This document shows positions 43,630 through 56,026 of a DNA stretch of 64,000 nucleotides, piece after piece. Position 1 is the stretch's first letter, and the number at the start of each line of letters is the position of its first letter. Origin of the DNA: Oikopleura dioica. Taxonomy: Eukaryota > Animalia > Chordata. The stretch lies in contig OU015568.1 in NCBI GenBank assembly GCA_907165135.1, positions 992,001-1,056,000 on the forward strand, read 5' to 3'. Both the position numbers and the translations under genes were made by a program. The notes beneath the pieces were generated by a model. That model was not told the DNA's origin and ran no database searches. It saw nothing but the letters and a program-made list of their open reading frames with translations.

Positions 43630-46600
43630 TTATAAGCTGCAGTAGTCAGGAGAAGTTATAAATGCAATAGGATAACAGACATTTACCCCTTGGTCAGCAA
43701 TAGCATCAGTCGATATAAGTTTCTCTTCCGCATCTTTTAAGGTTCTTTTATATTTTTGACCTTGAACTTTGATGTCCAGAATTAAAATTCTACAAGTAAA
43801 TATTTAAAACTTTATCGAGCGTCCTCGAAAACTGACAAAAATTATAAAGTAAAAACCTCGTCCTAAATTAATTCGTTGAATTAGGCTATGACTGTAACTG
43901 GCACTATAACTCGTTACTCCTGGAAAAACGAAGATCGTCCCATCAAGCAATATAACTGATGAAGAGTAAATTGGCTAAAATTAATAAAATATGATAAGAA
44001 AATTTTTTCAAAGTTCGAGAGAAATTTTCGACTAACGCGAAAGAGAATTCCAAATAAAAGCCAGGTATTGTTAATCAATCGCCAAATTTGTTTCAAGGTC
44101 TCATATCTCCAATTGTCATATCCTCCAATTGTCAAAAGACTTCCAGAAGACAGGCCGACTAAAGCAGACTTCTGAATGCACCTATATTTTGCTCAAAATA
44201 AACTTTTTCAGGATGAAGAAAACCTTGGATGCGGCGTGAGATAAATCCAACTAGAATTAATTAATGTCTCTACTGAGCATTTTCTATTTTTTTGCCCAGC
44301 AACAGCTGTTGGTCGACCATTATAAAGACCCAGACCACCGTTGAAATGATCCATCTTTGTTTCTGGTATTTTTGAACTCAAGATTCCATTGAATTGCTCG
44401 CAATTTGTGCCCTTTTCCGGCCAGCCGAAGCAAATTATTGCTAAAATGCTATTCAATCTAGATTAAAGGACTTCAACCTTTGTCTCCTTCTTGAACGGTT
44501 ACCGCCGCATGTCCATATTGAAAATAATTAATCAATCTAACTTTTAATTCCTTGAATATACATCCGTCTAACCGCGCAATCTACAAGAGAATGATATTTT
44601 TTCTTCCTTCATTTTGCCTACTCTTTTTCCATAAGACTCGCCACCAAAAACGTGCACCTTGCCACTTATGATTGCGAGTCTTGACTCATAAGTATACCGT
44701 GAAATATGAGCAGATTCGCTTTCTGGAGGGTTGACAGATATTTCTGTCTTTCTCGACGCATCAGTTTGTAACAGGTAGGGTTTGTACTTCTCCGTCAAGC
44801 CGAATGATGTCATGTGAGGTAGAATAACAGTAATTTGTCGAGGGTCCACATAAGAATAAATAAAGTTTTTGATCATGACTTTTCGCATTTTTTTAAAAAC
44901 TCTTATTCTTTTGTCTTGAACATAATCAAGACCAATCAGTTCAATTCTACCGACATCTTCTTGAAGAATTTCCTCGCACCAATCTTTGCACCAATCTTTT
45001 TCTCGACACCATCTTTGACCGCAATTTCGTTTTATCTTGTCGACATCCTCCGTAGTTTTTGGCTTCTTCTTCAAAACTTTAAGCACGGTGGTTGCTAATG
45101 TCCGATTTGTGGTAATAATAAGCTCAATATCTGCAGTTGCCGTTGAATTTGAATCGAGAATGAATCGTTGTTGAAGAAAATCAGAGTCAATCCAAAGCGA
45201 ATTATTTCGAAAAAATCCAAGATTCAAGAATGTCTTTCCGTCATAAAATTTCATAAAAAACGTTTCGATAACTTGCGTTTTGGCTTTTTCCTGAAAATTT
45301 AAGCCCTTTTTTTCATCGAATTTGGCTCACCTCAATTCTTGTCTGAAAGCTGATTTTTTCTGTTCCATTTAATTTCAATTCAAGAGAGCAAATATGTTTT
45401 AATTCTTCCAGCGAAGAAAAGAACTTATCAGGAATAATTGTCTTTTTATAAGATGCGCGGTAAATCGAAATTGCTGACTTTGGAAAGAGTTTTATATGGA
45501 AAACAGCGTTTTTCGCAAAAGCCGGGAAAATGTCATCATGGAAGGCAAAAGAAGGGTTGCTCGTAACAAGAATTTTCTTTTCAGGTTTTTGTTGAACAAA
45601 ATCAATTTCGATCATGTCTTTTTGTAGAGGATAAAAAATTTTGAACTTTTAATTTGCATTTTTATCAAGTTTTTATCCGGTCCAAAATCGAATTCGATCT
45701 CAAATGTTGCATCAAAGACATAATTTTGAATGAAAATCCGATCATTCGTGATTACACCATGACAAAAATATTCGCATTCATCGTTGTTGTTCCCAATTTG
45801 ATCAGTGTAAGACAGATCATTTGGGGAAAATAAAGCGGAAAAGCAAACCGCCATTTCTTCGTATTTGACAAGTGATCCGATCCACTCGCTGCCAACTGTC
45901 AAAAAGTTTCCATCTGCCTCCAACAACAAGGAATATTGAGTATTAGAGAGATCCACGCTTCTTGTCACGAGAATAAGAACCAGCCGCTTAATGTCAATCT
46001 TTTCAGAACTTTTTTTTTTGGCAAAGAAAACTGGTTTTAATGACAAATGAGTCCCTCTCAATGGTATGACGTGAACGGGCTCAAGATCCCTGTATATTGC
46101 CGGCAACGCTATCTCATCTTTTTTCCACCCTTTTTCATGAAAGGAGTCGTTATTTGTTCTTATTTTCGTGGAAATTTATAAAGAAATTTGAAAGACGACT
46201 CCCCTTTCCAAAAATTTCGCTTCTTCTTATTGTATTCAGTGCGATAGTTGTCGAAAGCTTAATCCAGTATTCTCCAAGCCTAACACTCATCAGATAGAAA
46301 GTTCCTTTGAAGCTGATAGAGGACATTTTCGCGTTGAAATGATTGCTTGCTATGAAACCCTGAGCCACTTCGAAGCGATTGTTATTATAATCAGGAGCAA
46401 AGAAGTAGCATTTATCTGATCTTCCAGTTGGAGAGCTTTGACTGGTCGAAAACAGAACTCATAATAATTTGAAAAGATTGCTTTGACCATTTACAAATAA
46501 CAACGACTGAGAAGATTTTCTTGTCATTCTCTTTTTGACGGATCTCGATTTGATGAGTTCCTATTGATGATCCGAAATGAAAAACGAAGAAACCGCTGAA

Positions 46601-48069
46601 AAATAAAAGAAATATTAACAAACATTGAAGTATGCTCACATTCCACGGAGTCGATTGACAATAAAGACCGAGTCATTAGCCTCATCGATGATCATCAAAT
46701 TGCCTTTTACATCGACCAGGAAATGCTTGTTATTCAGAAAAGTTGCACCACTTGACTTTTTAGAATTTTTGCCAAGTGAGATATTTTATATTTTTTTAGA
46801 AAACATTATTTTTTTTTTGAAAAACTCCTTCATAAAAGCCAAAAAAATAAGGAGCTTCAATGTGAGCTTTCTTTCTTTTCCCAGTCAAATCATAAAGAAC
46901 AATTGGAAGTTTTCTTGTTTTCGGTGGATTATTTGACCACCGACCAGTTATTCTTTCGAGCAGTAAGGGATTGTTTGTTTTGTTGTCGAAATTTGACTCG
47001 GTTGTCGTTTCGTGCGGTAGAGTCGTCTCGGTTGAGGTTAACTCAGTTGACATCACCTCAGTTGTTGGTGAGAAAGTTGTTGACGTAGTCGGATTATTTT
47101 TTGACTTCTGAAGATCAAAAACAGGAACCATCTTTTGAATCGAGCCCATTTTCTCACATTCATAGAATTGGCAGGGACACCCGTTTTTGCAGTACTTTTG
47201 AGTGGGGCAAACTTCTCCGGCAGAATCAAATGATCTAGTAAGCTCGAAGCAGATTGACTCGCAAGGAGAAATTGGGTAAGTCCTCATTGTCTCCAAAACG
47301 AGGGTCTTTGAACAAAGATGGCGGCAAATTTTCTGATCGTAAAACTTTTTCTTTTTACAGCGGCGCAAATTGAGTTCGTTTTCTTCTTCGGTGAAGTCAA
47401 ATTGTGTTTTCCCTTCTCGCTTGAGTTCCGTTAGCGGCTCAGGAAGAATGAACTCCTGCGTTTCGTAGCATTGTTTCATCAGATGTCCACAATAATCCAT
47501 CGTTTCGATTTGAACGCATTTTTTATAATTTCGATGACAAGTCGAAGTCAAAAAAGTCGTCACACCTCGAGATTTCTGTAATGAGTACCAATTCGCTAGA
47601 AATCTCAGTAAAAGAATAATCTTCTCAGAAAACTTACTGATAAGCATAATTGTGATCCAAAAGAGAGAACCCATTCCAACATACCAGCTTTTTTGCTGCG
47701 TCGTTGCAAATCCATGCCGAGTTACTCTCATCAGCGGTCTCGATCTTTCCTTGTAGGTAACATTCTTCAAATCCTGCTTTCTTGTGTTGATGCTTCGAGT
47801 TGACAAAATGTCTTTTGCAAACAAATAAACCTTGCCGTCTTTTTGTTTGAGAATTCCAAGACAGTGACAATCCATACACTTAATTAAAATAAAAAAAAAA
47901 TTTTCCTGATTCTGAAAACCTCGACTTTTGTGTGATGCAAATTAAAGAAAATCTCTTTGATACCACCAGTCATAATCGACTTTTCTCTGAAATTCTTGAA
48001 AAAGTAAGTTGAAAAGAAAATTAAAGTGAAAATGAATTCTAGATAAAAGTAAAAAGTAAAAGTCATCAT
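43630..48069 (-). CDS. Large Cys-rich + Thr-rich + Kelch-like propeller protein (family copy 2)
   Basis: Hydrophobic N-term; CPTQKYCKNGCPCQFYEC module; Thr stalk; second reduced module CGQRWC..WC..WC; propeller motifs VHVFGG, IICF...CEQFNG, HFNGGLGLYNGRP and TIGG; C-term YPIAFITSPDYCSL*. Many exons; could be two genes. Confidence 0.65.
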
Positions 48070-48601
48070 TCAAAATGAACCAAAACGGAGGCAAAAGTGT
48101 CAAAAAGTCAGACCAAGGAATGACGAGTTTTCCCATGAAAAACTGGTTTTATCATCAAAAGTTCAGTCAGTTTCGCTCTTGAAGAAATTGGACTTCTAGC
48201 ATTGACTGGTGCAGTTCCTGCGTAATGCTCTTGTTTATATGATTACCATGGCGAAAAACCACAAAGCGGTGTCTCGTAATATGGGCCCCCAACGGCACAG
48301 GCTTTCTTGTACCTAGTCATGTTCAAAGTATTATCGCAACCAAAATGTTATCCGGTACATGAAACATTGGCTTGTTGGAACAAAAACATGGAATCATGAA
48401 CAAGATAACGATAAAATAATTAACTGAAGACTTCAACAAGAGATGACCTAGATTTCCTATCATTCTGGGCATTTATTTCTGATTAAAATAACAGACAGAG
48501 AAAACTACTGAGAAAACGATTTTGTAAACAGAAGAAAGAAGTTCACAGTGTTGAAGACCCTACCAAATTAATTGCTGAACAGAATTTTTCTGGCCTTATT
48601 C

Positions 48602-49191
48602 TTAGTTCGCAGCGCATCCGAGTTGCTTGAATTTATTGTTCAAAAGCATCTTGCGCTGTCGATGAAGGAGTCTTCTCATTTTGATTGGAGCCCATTCGTT
48701 TCTTTGCTGGGGAGTGAGACCATCCATGCAGACGAAAGCTCTTTGGTAGCTCAGGAGAGACGAGATAAGGTCATTGATCGACTGGCAGATGTCGTTCTCG
48801 TCGAAAACCGAAGGGACGAAGTCGGCAGGATTCCCAGAACCGGCATATTTGTCGCATGGGGTGGTAGATCGCAACGCAAAGTTTTGCACTTTGGCTATGA
48901 GTCTGTCAATAACTTTACCCTTTCGGACTGGGGGGATATTCTTGTTCTCATAGGCGGCCAAAACACCGTTGTAGAGATTGATGCCGGTTTGTTGGACCGA
49001 GGCCCAAGCAGCGGTTGCTTCATCAGAAACCTGTTGGCCAGAAGCAGCTGCAGCGAGGACAATTGGAAGAACCTGAATAAAGTTTTAAAAGAGTGATTTA
49101 AACAGATCTCTCTTGATTTTTGAAGAAAACCCCAATTTATGAGGCTTTTTCGCGAAAAATCCAAAGCAGAGAAAAATAATCGTACCTTCAT
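48602..49191 (-). CDS. Small secreted protein made of the 4-Cys domain shared with the SMB gene
   Basis: MK|VLPIVLAAASG signal split by a GT-AG intron; ...TTPCDKYAGSGNPADFVPSVFDENDICQSINDLISSLLSYQRAFVCMDG...KQLGCAAN*. Confidence 0.8.
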
Positions 49192-49750
49192 TTTGTTTTC
49201 GAGTAAGAAATACTTTCTCTCGCAAATGATGAATTGGACGAGGAAAAACTGAATTTAAACAATGAAAATAATCAACCGCTTGGTGTGCTCAAGAGCGCCG
49301 TCCGTATTAACGAAATACTAACTCCGCACTACGTGATGAAAGCGCAACTTCAGCCATTCTATACGTCTTTTCTATGCAGCCATATATAGAATCGGTCAGC
49401 TCAGCTGCGCTATGGGGAATTTTTATGTGAATCCCGCTACGCTGAGCTAAATTTACAAGTCAGCTCCGCTATCTGAGATAGCCTATCTCTGCTATAGAAA
49501 AATTTAAAAAATTTTTAACTCTTATTTTTATTTAATTTCGAAGACAATTTTTTTAAATCTTGTTGATACCAAGACAATTTTTATGCAATAATGCGATAAA
49601 AGTTCTATCATAGAACGATATTTAGGTAAAAATTTTTATTGATGCTCAAAAAAAGAACACTTGGTTATGCGCGAAGAATCCGCAGAAGTTGTTAAGATCC
49701 CCCCACTGAGCATTTTCATTGCAACCATTCTTGGTCAGGTCGAGTTAAAC

Positions 49751-51711
49751 GGTCATACGTGGTCAATCTTCGGGGTAGGGATCCCGAAGAATAGACGATT
49801 TTAAATACGCTTAATCTTCGGGGTAAAATCCCGAAGAGCTACCGATAAAAAATGCGGTCAATCTTCGGGGTCTCGAAAATCCGGAGACGAAGAATAACCG
49901 ATCAACATTGTGGTGAATCTTCGGGGTCAAAAAAAACTTTGAAGATGAATACTTATAAAAGATCAGCATATTTAATTTTTCTATAGTTTTTCCTGCTATG
50001 AATCATAGCATATGATAAACTATCAAACAAATAGAAATCCGATGTTATAAATTTCAATAAATTTATGAATGAATAATAATGAACAATAATTTAATGAATA
50101 ATATCTAATAAAAGTGGCCGATATTTCTGACCAAAATTGAGGGATTTTCGAATAAAAAAAGTTCGTCCTAAAGATTGAAAGCCAATTAACGAGTGGTCGT
50201 CATTTGCCCAAGTCGTCATCTGCCCAAGTCGTCATCTGCCCAGGTCGTCATCTGCCCAACTTGGGCAAATGACGATCTCGGGTGAAAGACGATCTGTAAT
50301 TGAATATTTATTTGAAAAAAGCTTTTCTGTAATTCACAGGAACGGACTCATCACTGTCCAAGTCCGGAAGTCCGGTCCATATATTTTAATAGCAAAGACT
50401 TACTCAATTACTAATTGACAATTAGGCCTCGATTTTCTAAAAAATATCCTGAAATTCAGAGTATTCTACTCTTCCATACTTATAACTAGCTTCCGGAGGA
50501 GATTCATAACTTTTCTCTTCTTTTCAAAAGTTATTACTCAAGTTCAAATGTGAACCGAGACTCGGCTGCCGATTCACTCGGCCCGAGTACCCTCGGTTCC
50601 ACTGGGACTGTTCCACTTCGACATTTTAATTCAATCAATTCAAACAAAATTTCATTCAAAGTTCAGACTAAACACAAAACCGACTTTAGCACCTTTTTCC
50701 GGCGCCAAGCGTCAGCAAGGCGTATAGGTACGCGCAGTTTATTTAGAATAGGCTATTGTTGGCGAAAACTCATTACACCTTGCTTAGCGAAACGATGCTA
50801 ATGTCCCAGATGAAATTGTTTTCTCAACAAAAACTGTCGAATTTGAACTGATAAGAGGTCAACTTCCTGCGAGTAGTCTTCTTGCAAGTAGTCAGTTTAA
50901 CTTTTATCTTGCTGCATTTTTCTTAAATTTTGAATTCAATTGCATCGTCATTCACCCAGGTCGTCATTTGCCCAAGTTGGGCAGATGACGATCTTGGGCA
51001 GATGACGACTTGGGCAGATGACGACTTGGGCAAATGACGACCACTCCAATTAACAACTCTATTATTGAAAGTTTTAAACAGTTAACTATTTTAAAAGAAG
51101 AAAATCATCAAATCTGATTGTCCCTTACCTCGGGGCTCCGCCCCTCGGTCCTAAGATGCCGGGGTCTAGTCTAGGGTTACTTAGGGTTACCTTCGGTAAC
51201 CCTAACTAACCCTAGCCTATCCCCCTCGGGTAATTTGTTCCGTCATTTTTGAAGGTGCCACCTAACCCTAACCTTTATTTTAGCAAATACTATGATTTTA
51301 ATTTTTTATCGGAAAAAGTCTTTGGTATACTTCCGAGCCATTTCGTACTTCAATGCGCTTCAAGAATGAAGGGCGCCTTGAAGATTTTTGAAGCGCAGGG
51401 CAGTATACAGTATACTGTTTACTTTTTTACCAACTCTGGTGCTGATAGCAACATTCATAAGGCGGGCGGATGATAGGAATTTCGATAACGCAGCAGCGAA
51501 ATTTAGCACTCGGCGATCACGAAAACACTCATTTGACCCCGAAGAATCACCGCATTGTGCATCGGTTATTCTTCGTCTCGGGACTTTCAAGACCCCGAAG
51601 ACTGACCGCATTTTATATTGGTAGCTCTTCGGGATTTTACCCCGAAGATTGAGCGTATTTAAAATCGTCTATTCTTCGGGATCCCTACCCCGAAGATTGA
51701 CCGCATATGTC
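49751..51711. mobile_element. Mutator-like non-autonomous element (host of a nested insertion)
   Basis: 9-bp TSD gagttaaac (49742-49750 / 51712-51720); ~100 bp TIRs with repeated cttcgggg...cccgaag palindromes. Confidence 0.85.
50191..51046. mobile_element. Nested MITE with 16-bp tandem-repeat TIRs
   Basis: Perfect 8-bp TSD caattaac; TIR gagtgg(tcgtcatctgcccaag)n / inverse. Confidence 0.92.
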
Positions 51712-52417
51712 GAGTTAAACATTTTGCACGTACCTTGGTATTTCGAAAATGGGGCTCCGAGCCGGACGGGGTTCCAAGTACCGAGCCGGGTGTATTCTTG
51801 ACTTATATTGCTACCAAAATATACCGTGCGCGATACGTGGAACATTGACTGTTTTGATGAAAAGAACATGGAAAAATGAACAAAGCAATTGCCAGCAATA
51901 AAAACTACCGGTATCGGAAATTCTTTTCAAAGATATCATCCTGCTCTTATTCAAGTTCCTTTTTATAATATTAGTTAATTTTTACGAAATTATTGAAGTT
52001 TTTGACCTTTTTAAGGACTACGGCGGAAGAAGAAAATGTCCACAAAAGGAAATCAACTGTATAGATGTTATCCTGGCTGCATTTAATTGCAAAAGAGGAC
52101 GTTTTCAAACTTCTAGTCAAAAAGGACAATATAAATTTGCCCTTATTTTTGCTTTCACCGTAGACGATGTATCAATAAAAGCCGATTGGTCAAGGTTGGA
52201 GGATAAACGACCCAACTAAAAGGATAATAAGCCTAAAAATTCTCTTCTGGCATTTGAAATGCTGCATTTCCTTTTTCGTTTTTTCCTTTTTCCCAATTTT
52301 ACGAGCAGCTTTATAAAACCTCTTGATAAAGAAAATGAAGGCGGTTACTCTACGCAGTATTTAAAAAAGCTAGAGATTTTCATCGACAGAGAAACTCTCC
52401 GTAAATATTCTCTCAAC

Positions 52418-53179
52418 ATGTCTCAAGATTTAACCCTCAATGTGCTTTTGCAAAACTCTTGTCGCGTAGAAATCAAAATGGCTGACGACGCGAAGGTTCA
52501 TCAACTCAAAGAATTGGTTATTCAAAAACTTAATGAAGGTGAATTCGCGGGACTCGGTGTGCCGAAAACCGACAACATGCGATTAATTCGTCAAGGAATC
52601 GAGCTGAAGCCGAATCAAGCGGCGATTTCGCAGTTTGTGATGGCAAGTGGCGATGTTCTCCACTCGCAGTTGCCCAACCCACTATCTCTTCTCCTTCAAA
52701 GACGCATGATCATTAATCAAGCGGACGAGGAGCCGAGCAGAGAAGCGACGAAAATGAGGAACATGTCGATTTATCAGCGCAATTTCGAAGAATGCGTCAA
52801 GGCGTCGAAAAGAGGCATCAATCCGAGCGAAAGACCTCGTTACAACGATCCATCGCGCGAGCCTCCACGTGATCCGATCCTCCGAGATTTAGGTGATATG
52901 GTGGACGATCTTGGAAACGCGCTAATTCAATGGAGCAGCCAGCTTCAAATCGCTGCGGATGTGCTTTTGGCTGATCGGAAATATAAAGACGACGGCAGGC
53001 TAGAAAGAGAGAGATGGCTAATTGATAATAACATGCAAGCAGCGAGATATCTTTCCCCAATTGTAAAGGTAATATTTACTTTTGTACTATTTGTGTCTAA
53101 ATCCCATTTTTAGCAACTGTCAGCTTTCATTTTTCCGATAAATCGTGGAGAAGACCCTCGAATATTCAAAGTAAAATGA
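52418..53179 (+). CDS. Ubiquitin-like domain protein with a BAG6-like helical domain
   Basis: UBL: LTLNVLLQNSCRVEIKMADDAKVHQLKELV...MRLIRQGIEL; C-half PILRDLGDMVDDL...ERERWLIDNNMQAARYLSPIVK|QLSAFIFPINRGEDPRIFKVK* resembles the BAG6 domain that follows the UBL. Confidence 0.7.
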
Positions 53180-53498
53180 GTTTATGTGAAACCATAAGGG
53201 TAGAGACCCATTTAAAATGAGCCAATATGCATGCGCTATCTGATAGAAATTCATTCTTTTAATACAATGTGTTTAATACATGTGTTTTTTTTCTGTCTGA
53301 TCTCCATTGAAAAATAAAATTTCATAAGAAATATTTAAAATTTCTCGAATTTTTGAAGAAACAAATGAATTTATTTGGCAAAAGCAGGAAATATTACATG
53401 ATATATAAAAACAGTTATAATTATAATTTTTACAAAGGCACCAGATCCAAATGATTTCATAAATCATATCTGGAAAACAACGAAGAGACATTTCAAAA

Positions 53499-55236
53499 TC
53501 AAGCATTTCTTTCAAAGCCAAGAGCAAAATTTTCCATCTGTTTCATGCATTTTTCAACAACGACTTGTTCCGCCCGAGCGATGTTGGTCGCCATCTCCTT
53601 GTGGTACAAAAACTGTTCGTCCCAGTTCGCCCCTTCGATTTCTTCGAGGAGATTTCCCAGGTGCTCTCTTCTTCTGTAGATTAAAAAGAGTGCGCCACGG
53701 TAGAGACGGGCGGTTTTGGCATTTTCATCGTCGTCTTCTGGATTGTCATGATCCTAAAATACTTTGAGGAAAAATCTTTTGTTTGACTCATACAAAAACT
53801 GTTTCAAGAACAAATGACTCGATTCCACAGTTGAAATCAATGTGACCTCCTTCATCCCCAGTTTGTTTCAGAGCATTTGACGCTATTTCCTCGCACTCTT
53901 CTCGTGCTTTTCCAAGTCGAGCTACGCATGCATCGACGATTTCATCTTTGTACAGGTAGATATTCTGAATTTTATGCTAGACCAAGGTACGTAGCTGATC
54001 AGCACACCTCTTCGACTTTTGACACATCTGAAAAAGTGAAGCCATAGGTTTGAGCCATTCTGACATTTTCATCAACCCTTAAATCGTTATAAATCTTCTT
54101 CTTCAGGTTGAGAAACACTTACACTGAAATTTAGGCTTGTTAAGTTTCAGTCCTGAAAATCCACTGTTCAAAGACCCTTTGAACAATTTCAACTTGAAAT
54201 TTCGCTGGAAAATTCAATCAAATCAGCAGTTATTCTACCCATAAGAAATGAAAAGCTCTTGGCCGGCGGCAATGCTTTCATCAGTGGTCATCTTCATAGC
54301 CCCGCCCTCTCCGACTTCCCAGTCGCAGTTTGGCTTGACTTCGTGATTCCAAAGGTCAAAAATGGGACCGAGAGCGCCACAATCGCCCTCGCCAAGGCCG
54401 GATATGAACCAGTCAGGATGGTTTTCCGGGGCATCGTTGTAGTAATATCGGGTGGTGACGATAGAATATGCCCTAGAATCCTTTTGGCTATCAAAAATTG
54501 ATGAGGACACCTACCTGTGAAATTCTTCTTCTTCAACATTGTATTTTTCAAGAATCTTCTGCAACTTTTTGTAGGAATCCACATAATCGGCCGTCGCCAA
54601 ATAAAGGAAATCGAACGCAGCTGGAGTCAAAAAATCATGAAGCTCCATCGGCCAGTAGTCCAACGGCGTCGTGTATTCTTTTTGCATCGTCGCCAAATAT
54701 GGCCAGAGTTCGGACTCGTCTCCTTTTCGCAGCTCGAAAAGAATGAAGAGACTGAGTGTATCTGCGCAATCGAGGGGTTCATTGACATCGTCTACGTCTG
54801 TAATGACGGATTCGAGCGCCTCGATAGCCATGGTTATCATGATTGTCTGCTCTGGAGGGGCGAAAAAGAGCGTCTCCCCCTTTTCGAGATCTTCTTTGGC
54901 AAAAACACCAAGGCCGTAATTTCCCCGTCTGATTTCTACCTTTTAAAAATTAATGATTTTTTTACATTTTGCAAAAAAAATTACCTTTTCCGAGAGCTCC
55001 CATTTTTTCCAATTCAACAAATCTTGGATCTTTTCTTCGTCAGTTTTCTCTTCAATTGACTTTTTGATACTCTTGATTTCGATATTATCCGTACAAGTTT
55101 CGGGATTGATACATGTCTTTGAGATATTTTTGTGTTTGAGTAAAGGTTGTGTCTCTTCTGGCTGTGGAATTCTCGAGTCGAGGGAAAAACAAGGCTCATC
55201 GGCTTTGATTATTGGAGCAAGAATTGGTTCGCTCAT
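53499..55236 (-). CDS. SETD3/SETD4-type (Rubisco LSMT-like) SET-domain methyltransferase
   Basis: GLGVFAKEDLEKGE, SELWPYLATM, RAYSIVTTR, LGPIFDLWNH, GQELFISYG and MAQTYGF. An upstream exon (to ~55475) is possible. Confidence 0.85.
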
Positions 55237-56026
55237 GTTGCAAATTGTCTTTCTTGAAAGATTCTTTTATGAAGCGATTTGGTTGAGGCACCTTTAAAGG
55301 TTGCTTGAACCGGTCGCGACTGGCTCAAGGATCCCTCTGCGCTGCTCCCTTCTGACAAAGTAGGTTCAGAACTCATGTAAGATTGCCTGGCAGCGGACAC
55401 CGCGGGGCAACTCTGAGCGACATCCATTGAAAAAGTGCTGCTGCGACAGCGAGGTTGCTGAGAATTTGCCTCCAAGGCACATGTCTACCTTGTTGAAATT
55501 GACAACAGAAGGTCAGCCAGATTTTAGAAGCACTGAATGAGATGACGATTTTTCTTGGTAAAAATTTAGCCTTGGTTTTATTTGTTTAATAAATATTTTG
55601 CTTAATTATTTATTTTTGATAAGGCTCATAATTCTTGTTTTTAAAAATGATAATTCATATAATAATTGATGTTTCTCTCCGAATAGATATTGTCTTTGAT
55701 GAGTTCAATGGAATTATCTCCGCTAATTTTCAACATTTTGCCTTTATTTATTGTAAATAGTAATTAACCTTCGCCTGATGTGTTTAATAAATAAGTTGGA
55801 GGCAAGATCAAACCAGAAACCTGGGTCGATTACGTCAACCGCGGCACAATACTGAAGACACTCCCCAAAAAGCTATTAGCTTTTTAGAGTTAAACTCGAC
55901 CTTCCGAGAACATAAAGGGCTCCTGGATGAACTTTGTCTGGACATAAAAAGTGACGCACGCGATCGAAGGAAAAGCAGGCGAAAGATCGGAGCGGGTCAG
56001 TTCGAGATTTGAAAGAATCTGGAATC

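Noticed and set aside
50191-51046. 16-bp direct repeats (and similar arrays at 40303-41029) as CRISPR arrays
   Set aside because: The repeats are contiguous without spacers and mirrored at the other end with TSDs, so they are transposon TIRs.
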